From assembly GCF_039654945.1 (NCBI RefSeq), contig NW_027361709.1:1240001-1304000 (forward strand): DNA of 64,000 nt. Direction: 5' to 3'. Under the pieces are notes generated by a model. That model did no database searches. It worked only from the letters and a program-made list of their open reading frames with translations, and was not told where the DNA came from. Positions 35,831 through 49,719 of the stretch are shown one piece after another. Position 1 is the first letter of the stretch. Each line of letters begins with the position of its first letter. The translations under genes were made by a program, and so were the position numbers. This DNA is from Dendrobates tinctorius (lineage: Eukaryota).

Positions 35831-38800
35831 ATGGCGCAGTCACTGAATGGCGGCAGTTCATCCCCCCTGATCATTGACGTCCCACCCAGAGTTCTGGACG
35901 ACTTCTGCCGCTGTGTTGACAGCTTGAATGACTGGGAGTGGATGCGGTTTGGTAAGAAAGATTCATTCTCTGCTGTTACATATAGCGGATATAATTCACA
36001 TGTAATGTATGGAGTGCACCAGCAGAATAGTGAGTGCAGCTCTGAAGTATAATACAGGATGTAACTCAGGATCAGTAATGTATATACACAGTGACTGCAC
36101 CAGCAGAATAGTGAGTGCAGCTCTGAAGTATAATACAGGATGTAACTCAGGATCAGTAATGTAATGTATGTACACAGTGACTGCACCAGCAGAATAGTGA
36201 GTGCAGCTCTGGAGTATAATACAGGAGGTAACTCAGGATCAGTAATGTATATACACAGTGACTGCACCAGCAGAATAGTGAGTGCAGCTCTGGAGTATAA
36301 TACAGGATGTAACTCAGGATCAGTAATGTATATACACAGTGACTGCACCAGCAGAATAGTGAGTGCAGCTCTGGAGTATAATACAGGATGTAACTCAGGA
36401 TCAGTAATGTAATGTATGTACACAGTGACTGCACCAGCAGAATAGTGAGTGCAGCTCTGGAGTATAATACAGGATGTAACTCAGGATCAGTAGAGAATGA
36501 GTAAGGTAATGTACCATATATCATAAAAGTGTGTATATGGTGAGTATATTCTGCATGCTCGAATAATATGTTGGAGTGTCCACGCTTACATGTCTCACGA
36601 CCGCAGCACATGTGGGTGAGGAGAATCTGACATGTTATTCGAGCACCCGAGCATGGTTTGATAAAACATTATCCGAGCACATTCTCTCGTCACTAGTGAC
36701 CACACAAAATATAGACACTTTGGGCATAATTTGGCCATTTTCCTTTAGGGGTGTACTCATTTTTGTTGCCAGTGGTGTAGGCATTAAAGGCTGTGATGAG
36801 GTATTCACACTGTTATACGAGCCGTACTCCGACCACTGTACATTGTATCACAGTCAGATCTGCAGTGTTGACCCAAGAACAAATATAATAAAATATCTAC
36901 AGAATGTCAGGGGTGTACTCACTTTAGTGACCTTCTGTAATTGCACAGTGATTCTCGGGGCCGGTCACAGATCTGATTGTCAGGCTCAGTGTCAGTCTCT
37001 GTGACGTTTCGGTGATAATTTGTGGTTTCCGTTGTGATTAATGAGCCGCTGATCTCAACATCAATGTGTAAATCTCATTCAGCTTTGATCATAGCGGAAG
37101 GGCGTCCTGACAGCGGCCCCTGCACTTCCTCCACTGTGGCCCCGCCGCGGCTTGTGGGGTGATCTATTACAGGGGCTGCACCGTGGTGGCGGGACAAGCG
37201 GGGGCCGCATACTGCGAGCCCCATAATACTAGTGACAGACACAGCGGAATATGGACATGTGACAAGTTCTGCAGATTTGTATCATCCTTCGTTTCAATGT
37301 GTCACCGTGCATCAGAGCCTGGGAACCTGTAATGACCTATTCATCGCACAGCTGAGGGTTTGTTACAGTTGTGTCCAGTCCAGACAATCCTCTGTGAGAT
37401 AAATATCTTGTTCTCCAGACTGATACATTGTAACAAAACAGGAGAGGGACTTGTGATGTGGAGGATGCAATTGTGATAAACCTTCAGCTGTGACAAGTTT
37501 TCAGCACAGAAGGATAAATCTACATAATAAAGTAAATAAAATAATAATAGTAATAATAAAACTTAACCCTTGGTTATTGTGTAATATCCTACGTATTTAT
37601 ACCTCCATGTCCTCTGGCAGTGAATGGGAGAAGGTTTTTACCCTGTGTATAGACATAATTCCATTCATTGACAGCAAGCGGAGACCTGTAAAATGTCTAT
37701 TTTTTATTTTTTCTTCTTCAGCATCACATGTTGTGAACGACCAGACAACCATCCAGCGTTTCTACATGAGGCGGCGGTGGGGCGACTATGTGACCGGGGA
37801 GCTTCTCTGGAGCTGGGGGCAGAAGCTGGCCACCGTCCACGACCTGGAGCTCATCCTGCAGAAGCTGGAGCTCTACCGGGCATTAGAAATTCTCCAGCAG
37901 TGTAAGAGTTACTCTCTGTTGTGTCCAGTGGCAGCGCAAAGCCCCCGGGGTGTCACCCAGACCTCCATTGCCCCCCCGGGATGGCATATCAACCTGCACT
38001 GGCTCCATCTCTTGTACTGCACTGCTGCCCGTGTTCGTGTCAGTCTTTACTGCGGCTCCGGCATTATATTCCTGAGCCTGACCCATGTCCTGCAGCGTTC
38101 GGACTGTGCAGAGGGTGTGAGGAGCCGATTACTAATGTGATTTATTGCATAGACCCCTGTAGTTCGGCGATGTCCCCCGTGACTTGTGAGAGGAAAGGAG
38201 CTGCACAAACCTCTGAAGAAGCAGAAAGGAACTGCAGGAACTGCAACAGTGATACAAAAATGGTGTCAGGTAAAGACTGCAGGACGGTATAACACGGGCT
38301 GTGAGGAGGGAAGACAGGGAGGGAATCACTGTGTCATCCTCTGTGTTCTAGAACCCAAAGTACCACCACTCCCATCACCACCGCAACCCCCATCAGAGCT
38401 GCTGAGGTCCCTGGGGACAGACTCCTATTCAGACCCGGTGTCCAGCACAGATCAGGTATGTGAGATACTGGTATAACCTGGGCATCTCCTGTATATAATT
38501 ATATATGTACAGCCGGTATAACCTGGGCATCTCCTGTATATAATTATATATGTACAGCTGGTATAATCTGGCACCTCCTGTATATAATGATATATGTACA
38601 GCTGATATAACCAGAGCATCTATTGTATATAATTATATGTACAGCTGGTATAACCTGGGCATCTCCTGTATGTACATGTACCTCTGGTATAACCTAGGTC
38701 TCTCCTTTGTATACCTGTACATGTGCCTCCGGTATAACCTTGGCTTCACTTGTGTATACCTGTACATGTGCCTCCGGTATAACCTGGGCATCTCCTGTGT

Positions 38801-41800
38801 ATACCTATACATGTACCTCCGGTATAAACTGGGCTTCTCCGGGATGTGTCCCTGTATGTGGTGATGTGGACCATGTAGCTGTACAGTAACGCTCTCCTCC
38901 GCCCGGAAGGGATTGAGTTCTCCACAGCAGGAGATCAGCCTGTCCCTGAACACCACGTGTCAGCCCTGGACGAGGCGGCAGCTGGAGGAAGCTACGGACG
39001 GGTTCAGTGTGAACAGGAGGCTACACAGCGGACCGTTTGCTGATGTCTTTGTAGGATGCAGGGGAGACAATGTTTATGCTGTGAAGAGGCTGAAGGAGGT
39101 AATGCGTCATTCCAGGGGTCTGCTCCAGGGGGCTTTATATCCCTGGCAGGTGTCGGGTTGTGACCAGGTCATGTCTGCACTTTCTTTAGGGGCAGTCGGA
39201 CAGAACGAAAATCTTCTATGAAAAAGAGGCTGAGATCGGTTTTCGGTAAGAGAGGACCCCTCTGTCCCACCGCTTTCTATATCTGAAGCTTCATCTTGGC
39301 GGAAGGAAGAGTTCTGCAACTTCTGAGACACTTTGTGCTGCAATTTATTATTATTGTCGACATCTCTGCGAGACGTGTAAAATGCTGCACACGGGCAGCT
39401 GTAGCGCTGACCAATGCTGAGGTGTGAATACGCGTCTATATGTGATGCCGCAGGGGTTGGGGAAACGTCCAGTTATCTGCGTAACAGCAGTTCATTTCTT
39501 TGTGGGATACAGACCAGAGTACCAGGGTCCGCTGAGCGGTCTCTATAGCCGTGGCGTCTCTGGCCGCCCCATAGAGCCAGGCATCCAGTATTCAATATCT
39601 CATTAATATTGCTCACAGCTGAGGATTTGTTACAGTTGTATCCAGCCTGGACAATCCTCTGAGCTGAGCAGCCTGTTCTCAAGATTGATACATTGTAACA
39701 AACTGTCAGGAGAGAGATTTGTGCTGCTGATGGGTTTATCTCTCAGATGATTGTCCAGAATGGATGCAATTGTAACAAACCCTCAGCTGTGCAAAGTTAA
39801 TTTACCCCATTAGTGTAATTGTGAGCTCTGCAGCTTTTCTGTCTCGTGTCTTGTACAGATGTCATCATCCCAATCTCCTGAAGTTGCTCGGCTTCTGTGT
39901 GGAGAGCGGACAGCATTGTCTCATCTACCGTCTCATGAATGAGGGATCTCTGGATGTCGCCTTACACAAAGTGAGTCTCCTCAAGGAAGAAGTAACCCTC
40001 CTCTCCTCTATGGACGCTTAAAGACTTACTTTTCTATAGGTGACATGTAACAGTCAGGTATATAGGTACATACATAAATACATATACATTCATATACCCC
40101 ACATCTACGTCAGGCGGATGTGATCAGAGCACAGTCCACCTCTCCTGTAGCCGATGATTATACCATAGGTCAGTGATGGCGAACCTTTCTGAGACCGAGT
40201 GCCCAAACTGCAACCTAAAACCCAGTTTGTGGCGAAGTGCCAAATGCCTCATCATGATGCCCTTCATGTAGAAATATGCCCCATCATGATCCCCTTCATG
40301 CAGAAATATGCCCCATCATGATTCCCTTCATGCAGAAATATGCCCCATCATGATTCCCTTCATGCAGAAATATGCCCCATCATGATCCCCTTCATGCAGA
40401 AATATGCCCCATCATGATTCCCTTCATGCAGAAATATGCCCCATCATGATCCCCTTCATGCAGAAATATGCCCCATCATGATCCCCTTCATGCAGAAATA
40501 TGCCCCATCATGATCCCCTTCATGCAGAAATATGCCCCATCATGATCCCCTTCATGTAGAAATATGTCTCATCCTGATCCCTTTCATGTAGAAATTGCCC
40601 ATTCCACCACCTCCATCATTAGCCCTCTCCCCATCTCTGGCCCTCTCCACACACACACACTTACCTCTCCACGCGCCGGCAGCTTCCTTCCTCTCACTTC
40701 CTCTCGCACATTGAGCGGCGCGGCTGGATGACATCATCATGCAGCTCCGCGGCCTCGCTGCTCAATGTGTGTGAGGAAGCTGCAGCTCCGAACATTGAGG
40801 CGAGGGCGCGTGCCATCACTGCCATAGGTGATGGCAGCTCTGCCAGTGTCTGTGCAATCCCTGCATCTTTCATCTGTTCTCTTCCCCCCAGTCCATGGAG
40901 TTACTGCCCGCTTCCTAGACTTTCCACTACAGGGTCATGTCCCTTTTCCAAAATGTTGCTTCCTAAAATTTTCAACATCTGGAGGCCTGGAAATATCTAA
41001 ACAAGAATGTTTCCCATATAAATACATGTTCCATTGTTTCACTTTTCACTACTAATATAAAAACTTTCATTATATACATGTTATATCATGTACTAGCTGA
41101 AGAGCCCGGCGCTGCCCGGGCATAGTAACTAACTGTGGTTAGTTATAACAAATTATAATTATCCTCCATCCCATAGTCCCGTGCCCATATACCCATCATA
41201 CATATTCGCCATCCCATAGTCGAGTGCCCATATACCCATCGCACATCCTTCATCCCATAGTCCCGTGCTCATATACCCATCATACATATCCTCTATCCCA
41301 TAGTCCAGTGCCCATATACCCATCATACATATCCGCCATCCCATAGTCCCGTGCCCATATACCCATCATACATCCTCCATCCCATAGTCCCATGCCCATA
41401 TACATATCCGCCATCCCACAGTCCCGTGCCCATTTAACCGTCATACATATCCTCCATCCCATAGTCCAGTTCCCATATACCCGTCATACATATCCTCCAT
41501 CCCATAGTCAACCATTATGACATCATAATGAGCTGCGGCAGGGCTTGCAACCTATGATGACATCAGCGTCGCCATGGCAACCATTGTGACATAACGAGCA
41601 GCGGGGCTTGATACGCACACACTGCTTCCCCAGTATGCAAATAGGGGCATTATGACATCACAATGAGGGGCGGGGCTTGACTCGCACACACTTTTTCCCC
41701 CAGTATGTAGACAGGGGCAAAATTGTTTGGTGAATTGGAACATGCGGGGTTAAAATTTCGCCTCACAACATAGCTTAGTACGCTCTCGGGGTCCAGACGT

Positions 41801-44800
41801 GCGACACTGCCAAATTTTGTGGCTGTAGCTGCGACGGTGCGGATGCCTATCCCGGACACACACACACACACTTTGAGCTTATAGTTATACCAAATTATAA
41901 TTATACTCCATCCCATAGTCCCGTGCCCATATACCCAACATACCTATCCTCCATCCCATAGTTGAGTGCCCTTATAACCATCATACATATCCGCCATCCC
42001 ATAGTCCAGTGCCCATATACCCATCATACATATCCTCCAATCCCATAGTCTCGTGCCCATATACCCATCATACATATCCTCCATCCCATAGTCCAGTGCC
42101 CATATACCCATCACACATCCTCCATCCCATAGTCAACCATTATGACATCATAATGAGCGGCGGGGCTTGCAACCTATGATGACATCAGCATCGCCATGGC
42201 AACCATTATGACATCATAATGAGGGGCGGGGCTTGATACACACACACACTTTTTCCCCATTATGTAGATAGGGGCAAAATTGTTTGCTGAATTGGAACGC
42301 ACGGGGTTAAAATTTCGCTTCACGACATAGCCTAGGACGCTCTCGGGGTCCAGACGTGTGACTGTGCCAAATTTTGTGGCTGTAGCTGCGACGGTGCGGA
42401 TGCCAATCCCGGACATACACATACTTGAGCTTTATATATTAGATTATACTCCAGAGCTGCACTCACTGTTCTGCTGGTGAAGTCACTGTGTACCTACATT
42501 GCATTACTGATCCTGAGTTACATCATGTATTATACTCCAGAGCTGCACTCACTATTCTGTGGGTACAGTCACTGTGTACATACATTACTGATCCTGAGTT
42601 ACATCCTGTATTATACCCCAGAGCTGCACTCACTATTCTGCTGGTGCAGTCACTGTGTACATACATTACATTACTGATCCTAAGTTACATCCTGTATTAT
42701 ACTCCAGAGCTGCACTCACTATTCTGCTGGTGCAGTCACTGTGTACATACATTACATTACTGATCCTGAGTTACCTCCTGTATTATTCTCCAGAGCTGCA
42801 CTCACTATTCTGCTGAGAATCTTCTGTGTATTTTTCAGGCTGGATCTGTCCTGGGCTGGGAGCGGCGGCTGGCTGTCGCTGTAGGTCTGTTACATGGTGT
42901 CGGTCACTTGCATAGTGCTGGGATTTTTCATGGAAACATTAAGAGGTGAGACATTTGGGGGACATACATTGAGCCCTTTAAGACATAATTGCTCAAAAAT
43001 GTTGCAACTTTTGGAGTTGTTTTCGAGTTCCAACAACCTAATATAACACACATACACTGGTGCCGGTGTGGTTCTTTCCCCGCCGTGCGGGCGGTGGTGT
43101 CTCTGTATCAGGTCAGCGGACTTTGGCCGCCGGTGCCGCTCGGTCTTCTCACTTCTCTACCTGCAGGATATCGCCGTGCTCACATCCGCCTCTGATGGTG
43201 GAGGTTTCCACATTTTCACTTCTTACATCCTGCGCCTCCATTATTGCTTCCTCATTTATGGTTCCTTTATGATTAACCGTTTCATGGTCAGTGTTATTGG
43301 AATCATGAGGGAAATCCCTGTACATATCAGACCACACCATTTCCCAAACTGCAAACTTCCCAAGCCCCCTCCAATTAGCATTAGACTGTGTTCACATGAG
43401 CCGTACTACAGGTGTCTCCGGTGTCCCACACACTCCTATAACAATGGGGTCCTCCATGATTTTCGGCTTTGTGTTCGCCCCTATTTTTCCCATCATATTT
43501 TATGATATAATATTAACATATTCCAACAGTTTATTAGTGGGGTCTGATCTCTGGAACCCCCAGAAAATAATGCTGGTGGCGCTGATTGAGTGCAGCACCT
43601 TCTTGATGTTTCCTTTGTAAATGAATGGGACCGACTCCAAATTCCACCGGTGACTATGACGCCGCTGCGCCGAATAAGCTTTAAAACAGAATTGATGTAC
43701 TGCAGCTCCTTCATTCTCGGGCACTGCCACCATTAACTCTGTAAACTGCTGGGAGTTGTAGTTCCACTAATGAGGAGGGGTCATCTGCTGTGCGCTGATA
43801 CATTCCTAGTTAACCCCTTGTTCTCTACATTAGTTCTAACGTCTTCCTGGATGAGGATTTCACTGCTTGCTTAGGCCACGCTGGGACGCGATTCTCTCCT
43901 GATCGATCGGCAAATTACACTAATGTGAAGACCCAGGAGCTGCAAAGGTTCCAGCCTTACCTGCCCGACATCTACCTGCGGAGCGGTCAGCTCACCGCAC
44001 AGACGGACATCTTCTCCTGCGGTATAGTAAGTGCCGATGCTATCAGAAGCGGCCCCTGCTTTATGGCACAGGGGTCCTCCAGTGGGTGGCGGAGGAGGTG
44101 AGGGAATAAAAAGTCCTGCAGCCTTCCAATGTGCCTGGGGGCAGAGACTGGAGTCCAAAAAAAGGAAAAATAGTAGTAGATCCAACATTTCAATAAAATA
44201 TAAAACTTGTTTTCATTTTGTTACACCATATCTCAAAAATGGCGCAATCATCAGAGGAAACATCCCAGAGAAGAATACGATCAAGGTTGATGCATTTGGA
44301 AGTAAAATCTCTTTACTCCTAACCTATGATACAATGAGATCTTGGGGGTTTAAGGATCTGACAAGTGACTGCACCTCTACAGTCACACATGATGACCGGC
44401 CTCATTAATAAGAAACAATCCTCGTTATCCAAAAGACAGAACAATCCATCATAACAGAATCATTAGACCCTCCTAGTGTCTTATTCTGCATCCTGACTCG
44501 TGAAGGAGATGAAATCCGTCCATTTATTAAAACCCTGAGGAGACTAAGTATTTAGCTGGTTTTGACAAATATCGACATCCTGGATATACATATGTGCAAG
44601 TGTCCCCACGATGGGACATAGCAATAGGGATAAAGAGGGTTGCAAACTGCCACAGTAATATGATCCTACAAAAATTCTGGAGTGTGATACCCCATAATAT
44701 CAACGAGAGCAAAGAAATCAGAAAAATATAAAAGAAAAACAAGATTTTATTATTACAATTAAATAGCATAATCTGAACAGACAATACATATCTGATGAGT

Positions 44801-47800
44801 AGAGGTGAATGACCCCAGCAGGCACTCCCCATGGGTAAGCACTATTTGCGGTACTTTACATCCATGTAGGTACGTTCTCGGTTGGACTGTGTGCATAGTT
44901 AGACGGGAGCATTATATGGGACCCCATGACATAAGAAACTGCTTTTTGCTGCTATAATTTCACTTATAAGGAGGCGCACACACATTTTTTGGCCCCAGTG
45001 CTCACCACCCACATTGCCACATATTTGAAAGGACACAGTGGGTCATTCAGTCCATCTAAAATTAAATTACCGATTCTATGGAGTGCCATGTCACACTGCC
45101 GGGGTCATTCACCTCTACTCATCAGATATGTATTGTCTATTCATATTATGCTATTTAATTGTAATAATAAAATGTTGTTTTTAAATATTTTTCTGATGTC
45201 TTTGCTCTCATTGATATTATGGGGCATCACACTCCTGAATATTTGTAGGATCAAAGTATTTAGCCGGGAATCCAGAAGGTAAGAACCCCCCCCCTCAATG
45301 TTCTCCCCTCTGACTGATCAATTAACCTTTCCACACATAATAAAGGTACTGTCACACTTAGCGATGCACCAGCGATCCCAACCAGCGACATAGCCGCGGT
45401 CGGGGGTCGCTACTTACCTGTCAGACGAGGCGATCCTGACGTCCTCCCGCCCGCGTCCACGTGTCGCTGGTCTCCACAGCAGGAAGCTGACGACGTGAAA
45501 CGGTCCAGGATGTTCTCGCGTGATCAGCGATAACCAGCGGGGGAGCGGTCGGAGGTAAGTATCAGACATAGCGATATCGCTTAGTGTGACAGGCCCTTTA
45601 CAGGACACAAAGATGATCAGAGAAACTTTCAGTTTGTTTAATGTTCTCCCCTCTGACTGAACAATTAACCTTTCGACACATTAAACAAACTGAAATTTTC
45701 TCTGATCATCTTTGTGTTCTGTAAGAAACTGTCTGGAAACATTGTCAGGGTAATGGCCTCAGGGTTACTGAGCCTCTTCATTGATTCTTTGGTGCCAATA
45801 TTTTACATCACACCAAGCACTGGATACAATGCACCAAAACTCACAGCTACAGTGGATGAATTGTTTAATTGAATGTTTTTTTTCTATGTGATGAAGTGAT
45901 CCCATTCCATTGTTTGAGAAATGCAAATCTTGTAAATACATTACACAATGAGGCGGAAGGTGTGAGGTCGACTCTTTTATTATGCGATTCTCTTGAGAAA
46001 CAAAAGAGTCCTGAAAGGATTAGGAATTATTTATTTTAGAACTTGCAACAATTCCCTAACATTTGCTTGAGTTGACCATCACTATACACCATAGGGAAAT
46101 ATTTAGTAATGAATAAGACTCTTGTAACTATGATAAAAAAGGAAAGAAAATTAATTTAATCACATGAGATAAAGCAGCTAATGAAACAATTCATCAACTG
46201 AAGCAGCAAGATCTGGTGTATTGTATCCAGTGCTTGGAGTAATGTGAAGGATATCGGCTGCACCACTGTAAATTGAGACAATCAATACTTGAGGGTTTTT
46301 TACCCAAGTTCAGTGGCTCCGGTGGGGCTTACGTCTGGACCCCTGCAAAACGGGATTTGGACATATGCACCAACTATAACGGTGCAGACAGAGTCCACGT
46401 GCGTCCTGAAGGGAGGCCGACTCCCATCGTAGTAGACTATGGTTATGGTTTTGACTAGATGAAAATAAAAAGTTTTATACATTTTATTAAAGTGTTGGAT
46501 CAAGTGCTATTTCCGGTTTGCTTTTGTTGTGGAGTTTGGATCTTTGAACTCTGGATAGGTGAGCTGATTACACCACTTTCTGCAGAGTCCAAATTACCAA
46601 GTTGTATGGGATAGAATAACGCCAAATATAATAAAAGGGAGAATGATGGACGGTACTAAAGTCATGACATAAAATCTGCTGTGAGACGACGTCTGCTAAT
46701 CAGGAATTTTTTATTTCATACAATGTGTTTTTATGATTTTTTTTTTTTTTTCTTTTAGGTTTTAGCAGAACTCCTGACCGGACTGAAGCCCACCGACAAG
46801 GACCGAGACCCTTCGTATCTGGTACGAACAGCCACACGCAGTTTTGCATTAATTCTGTCCTTTTGGAGCCATCTAGTTACTCGCCCTCTGTCCCCTCCAG
46901 AAAGTTCTTATCCTGATGGAAGTGGAGCGGGTGAAATTAAAAGCGGAGTCCAATTGTCCCGGATCAGAATCTGTGGACCTGCTCTGCGCAAAAGAGATCA
47001 GCCAAAAACACACGGATGGAAGACTTGAGCGTTTGGGAAGAAGTTCTGCGACACATTGGGCTTCTGCCATCTGCCTGTGTCTGAACAAGAAGAGAACTTT
47101 ATTATCAGAGGTAACGTTATAATAGTATCCTGTACATTATAGTGTGTTACTCCGTCTCAGGTTCTGTTTGTGAAGATCTGGTGGTGCAGGGAGTGCTGCG
47201 AAAAAATATACAAATTAGATTCCGTCCAGAAGGAAGACATTTGTCTCTATAGAGCTAAAGCTAACTGTGCCCATTGATTTTTCATTAAAAGGTTTTTATC
47301 TGCTATAGAGCCATCTGTCTACCTGCTTGCTGACCGTTTCCAATACCACTATACAATCTAATTTACTTTTTTATTCCCTAGATCATCTTTAACCTTTATA
47401 TTTTCTTCTATTCCACAACAGGTCATAGCAATGATGGAGAAGGCTCAGGAGATGTTCACGGCCTGTGCGAAGGAAGCACAGGAGGACAAGATGTCCAGTG
47501 TGAATGTTCCCGAGGAGAGTGATGAGTCCTTGTCTATAGATTACACCCATGGAGAAGCGGTGGAGCTGCCCAACTGTTCCCCCAAAGCTGTCACCTCCAT
47601 GAGGAGCAAATCCATGCCGCCATATCGCCCAGCACAAAATGATGTGTTCAAGAGGAGCCCGTGTGAACTGGACGAGTCTGGAAGCTTCGACTTGTATCCT
47701 GATGACAGTTGGTCCCGGAGCGAGCCGTCGTCTGCACCGACCACAACGTCGTCTGCGGGACATCAGGACAAATCGTGGACCCCAGAAAGGAACATACCCC

Positions 47801-48305
47801 AAAAATTGGCAAATTCACCAACAGGTAAACTGAAAGTATGTAAGTATATTATCCTCCACCATCTGTACAGGGGGCACAATGCAGTCGGGGTAGCGTCCTC
47901 CTGGAATCACCAAACCCAGACTCCTCCATCAGGCGCAGATAGAGAAGTGCGATCCGTCACTGCCCAGAACACGTCTCCTCCAGAGTCCATTGGTGGCAGC
48001 TTTACACCAATCTCCGTCCAACGCACTGCATTGTGCTTGGTGATACATGGCTGCATGCAGCTGCTCAGCCATTGAAACCCATGCGATGAAGCACCAGCAA
48101 ACTGTGTATAACAAGTCTCCATGACGTCCGCCATATTTTATAGCATGTGTGTCACTGATCTTTCTTATTTTCTTCTCATTTACTAGAAAGCAATGAGCCG
48201 TCATGGGGAATTGAAGTGAATGAAGCCAAGCTGAAGATGATGGAGGAGATTGGGCTGTACGAAGACGAGAAGGTGGACAGCTACATTCTTTTTCACTCAG
48301 CCTGA
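35831..48305 (+). CDS. IRAK2: Interleukin-1 receptor-associated kinase 2 (death domain + pseudokinase), ~657 aa
   Basis: Coding exons 35831-35951, 37722-37901, 38153-38269, 38352-38455, 38910(or 38928)-39098, 39190-39245, 39859-39970, 42839-42945, 43834-44026, 46759-46821, 46901-47110, 47422-47824, 48187-48305 (TGA), phases consistent. Death domain (VLDDFCR..DSLNDWEWMRFAS, TGELLWSWG), kinase fold with HGNIKSSN and HAG in place of HRD/DFG, PEESDE TRAF6-type motif, C-terminal IEVNEAKLKMMEEIGLYEDEKVDS; adjacent to VHL as in mammals. Confidence 0.92.
36015..36492 (-). repeat. 86-bp satellite array, inverted orientation, IRAK2 intron
   Basis: Reverse complement of the unit at 17388-23356. Confidence 0.92.
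36710..36939. mobile_element. Tc1-like terminal repeat fragment
   Basis: Duplicated AGGGGTGTACTCA(T/C)TTT motif ending ...CTG|TA, typical of Tc1 IR/DR ends. Confidence 0.4.
38468..38835 (+). repeat. ~43-45-bp minisatellite (GGTATAACCTGGGCATCTCCTGTATA...) in IRAK2 intron
   Basis: ~8 diverged tandem units. Confidence 0.85.
40171..40821. mobile_element. Non-autonomous hAT element carrying a 32-bp tandem repeat
   Basis: CAGTGATGGC...GCCATCACTG termini; perfect 8-bp TSD CCATAGGT (40163-40170, 40822-40829); ~10 x 32-bp units 40250-40590. Confidence 0.85.
41093..42443 (-). mobile_element. Non-autonomous Helitron with internal ~43-bp minisatellite and internal duplication
   Basis: Minus strand starts TC(TAATATATAAAGC), ends in GC-rich hairpin CCCGG...CCGGG then CTAG; sits between A (41092) and T (42444); no TSD. 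Confidence 0.8.
42444..42815 (+). repeat. 86-bp satellite array, IRAK2 intron
   Basis: ~4.5 units, ends ~23 bp before an IRAK2 splice acceptor. Confidence 0.92.
45344..45597. mobile_element. PIF/Harbinger-type MITE
   Basis: TAA|AGGTACTGTCACACTTAGCGAT...ATCGCTTAGTGTGACAGGCCCT|TTA; end resembles the left end of the large Harbinger. Confidence 0.7.
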
Positions 48306-49719
48306 GTTCACTATGTATTACACCAGCGATGGCCATTATAGGACTGAGCATACACCATTATCACTACTACCTTCTGGGTACCGACTTCATATACCTCTGC
48401 AGAGACTACCTCAAAGTCTGCCGTGTTCTGGCCCACCATAGTGGGGTACTTGTCCTACCCACATCGCACAAGTATAATAAAGCATCATGGCCCTGTGTCA
48501 TAGATGTAATGGAAAAGAATTCATAAACTGTGTCTTGGTGGACGTGTCACCCTCATATTATTGACGGAAGCAAGGCTTCATCATGAATTGATGGAAACAA
48601 GAGCTAACACTCAAAAACACTCCACTATTCAGCTAGGACCCCTGCTGTGGGATTATCTGATAAATGGCAGACACTGTGTATACAAGAGGCGGAGGGGTGA
48701 CACTTTTAACTTTTCCTGTTTTCCAAGGGAATTATATCAGACACGCTGGCGCTGAAGTCCAGTTTTGAATATTTCTTTTCTTTATGATATTTGTATATTC
48801 TATAAATATGGGAGACATACATTTGGTGTTGTGATAAAGTGTCGAATGTATTTACCTACATCACTGGACGGTCTGCACATCAGTCACAAGTTAATATTGG
48901 ACAGATGCAAAACAATTTACATGCCTTGTTTCCTATCTATGGAAAGCTGACATCATGATAGGAAATATGGCGGTAATATGTCCTGCCTGGGACCACCAGG
49001 GGTGAAGATATCCTGAAAATTGTGGATCACATAATTTTTTGGGACCCTAGCCACATCCCATAGACCAGCCCCTATAGGAGCCCACCAATGGGAGGCATGT
49101 GGGCGGGACTTTTACCTGATAAATACAGACTGTGAATGGCAGTCACTGTCAGTCTTGGAGGATCGAGTTCCCTGTAGATCTTTACCATTTTCAGACGAAA
49201 ACTTCCCGCCATAAAGACCAGAGCCGTTCCTGAGACCACAGGTCAGTACTTACCTTCTGTTATCTCTTGGTATTTCATGTGATTGTATATACCGCACTGT
49301 TTGTCCCCTTTGTGACATCTTTTGTGTGCTGATGGCAATTTTGGTAGCTTACAAGCAATGAAAGGTCTTGTCGTTCCGTGTTACTGCCTCATTTTTTTCC
49401 CCTTAATTTGTAACGTTTTTTAATGATTGTAATTATTATTGAATTTACATAATGTTTGTAATTATCGGTTTTATACATTGTGTAAAATAAAGAGAAATGT
49501 GTAGTCCATGGTATCATCCATGTCACCTCAGAGCCATAGGGGGAGTGTATGGGAACCAATTATAGGGGTTGTCTAGTCATCCCGCGGAGCGATCGCTAAG
49601 GGCACCAATTCTGTGCACCATACAAGGCAGGAACATATCCGAAACTTCACACATTTCATAGACATTTATGGAACAATGGTCCAAGTCACTCTGTGGTAAA
49701 CGCTTGTTTATTCTCCTTA

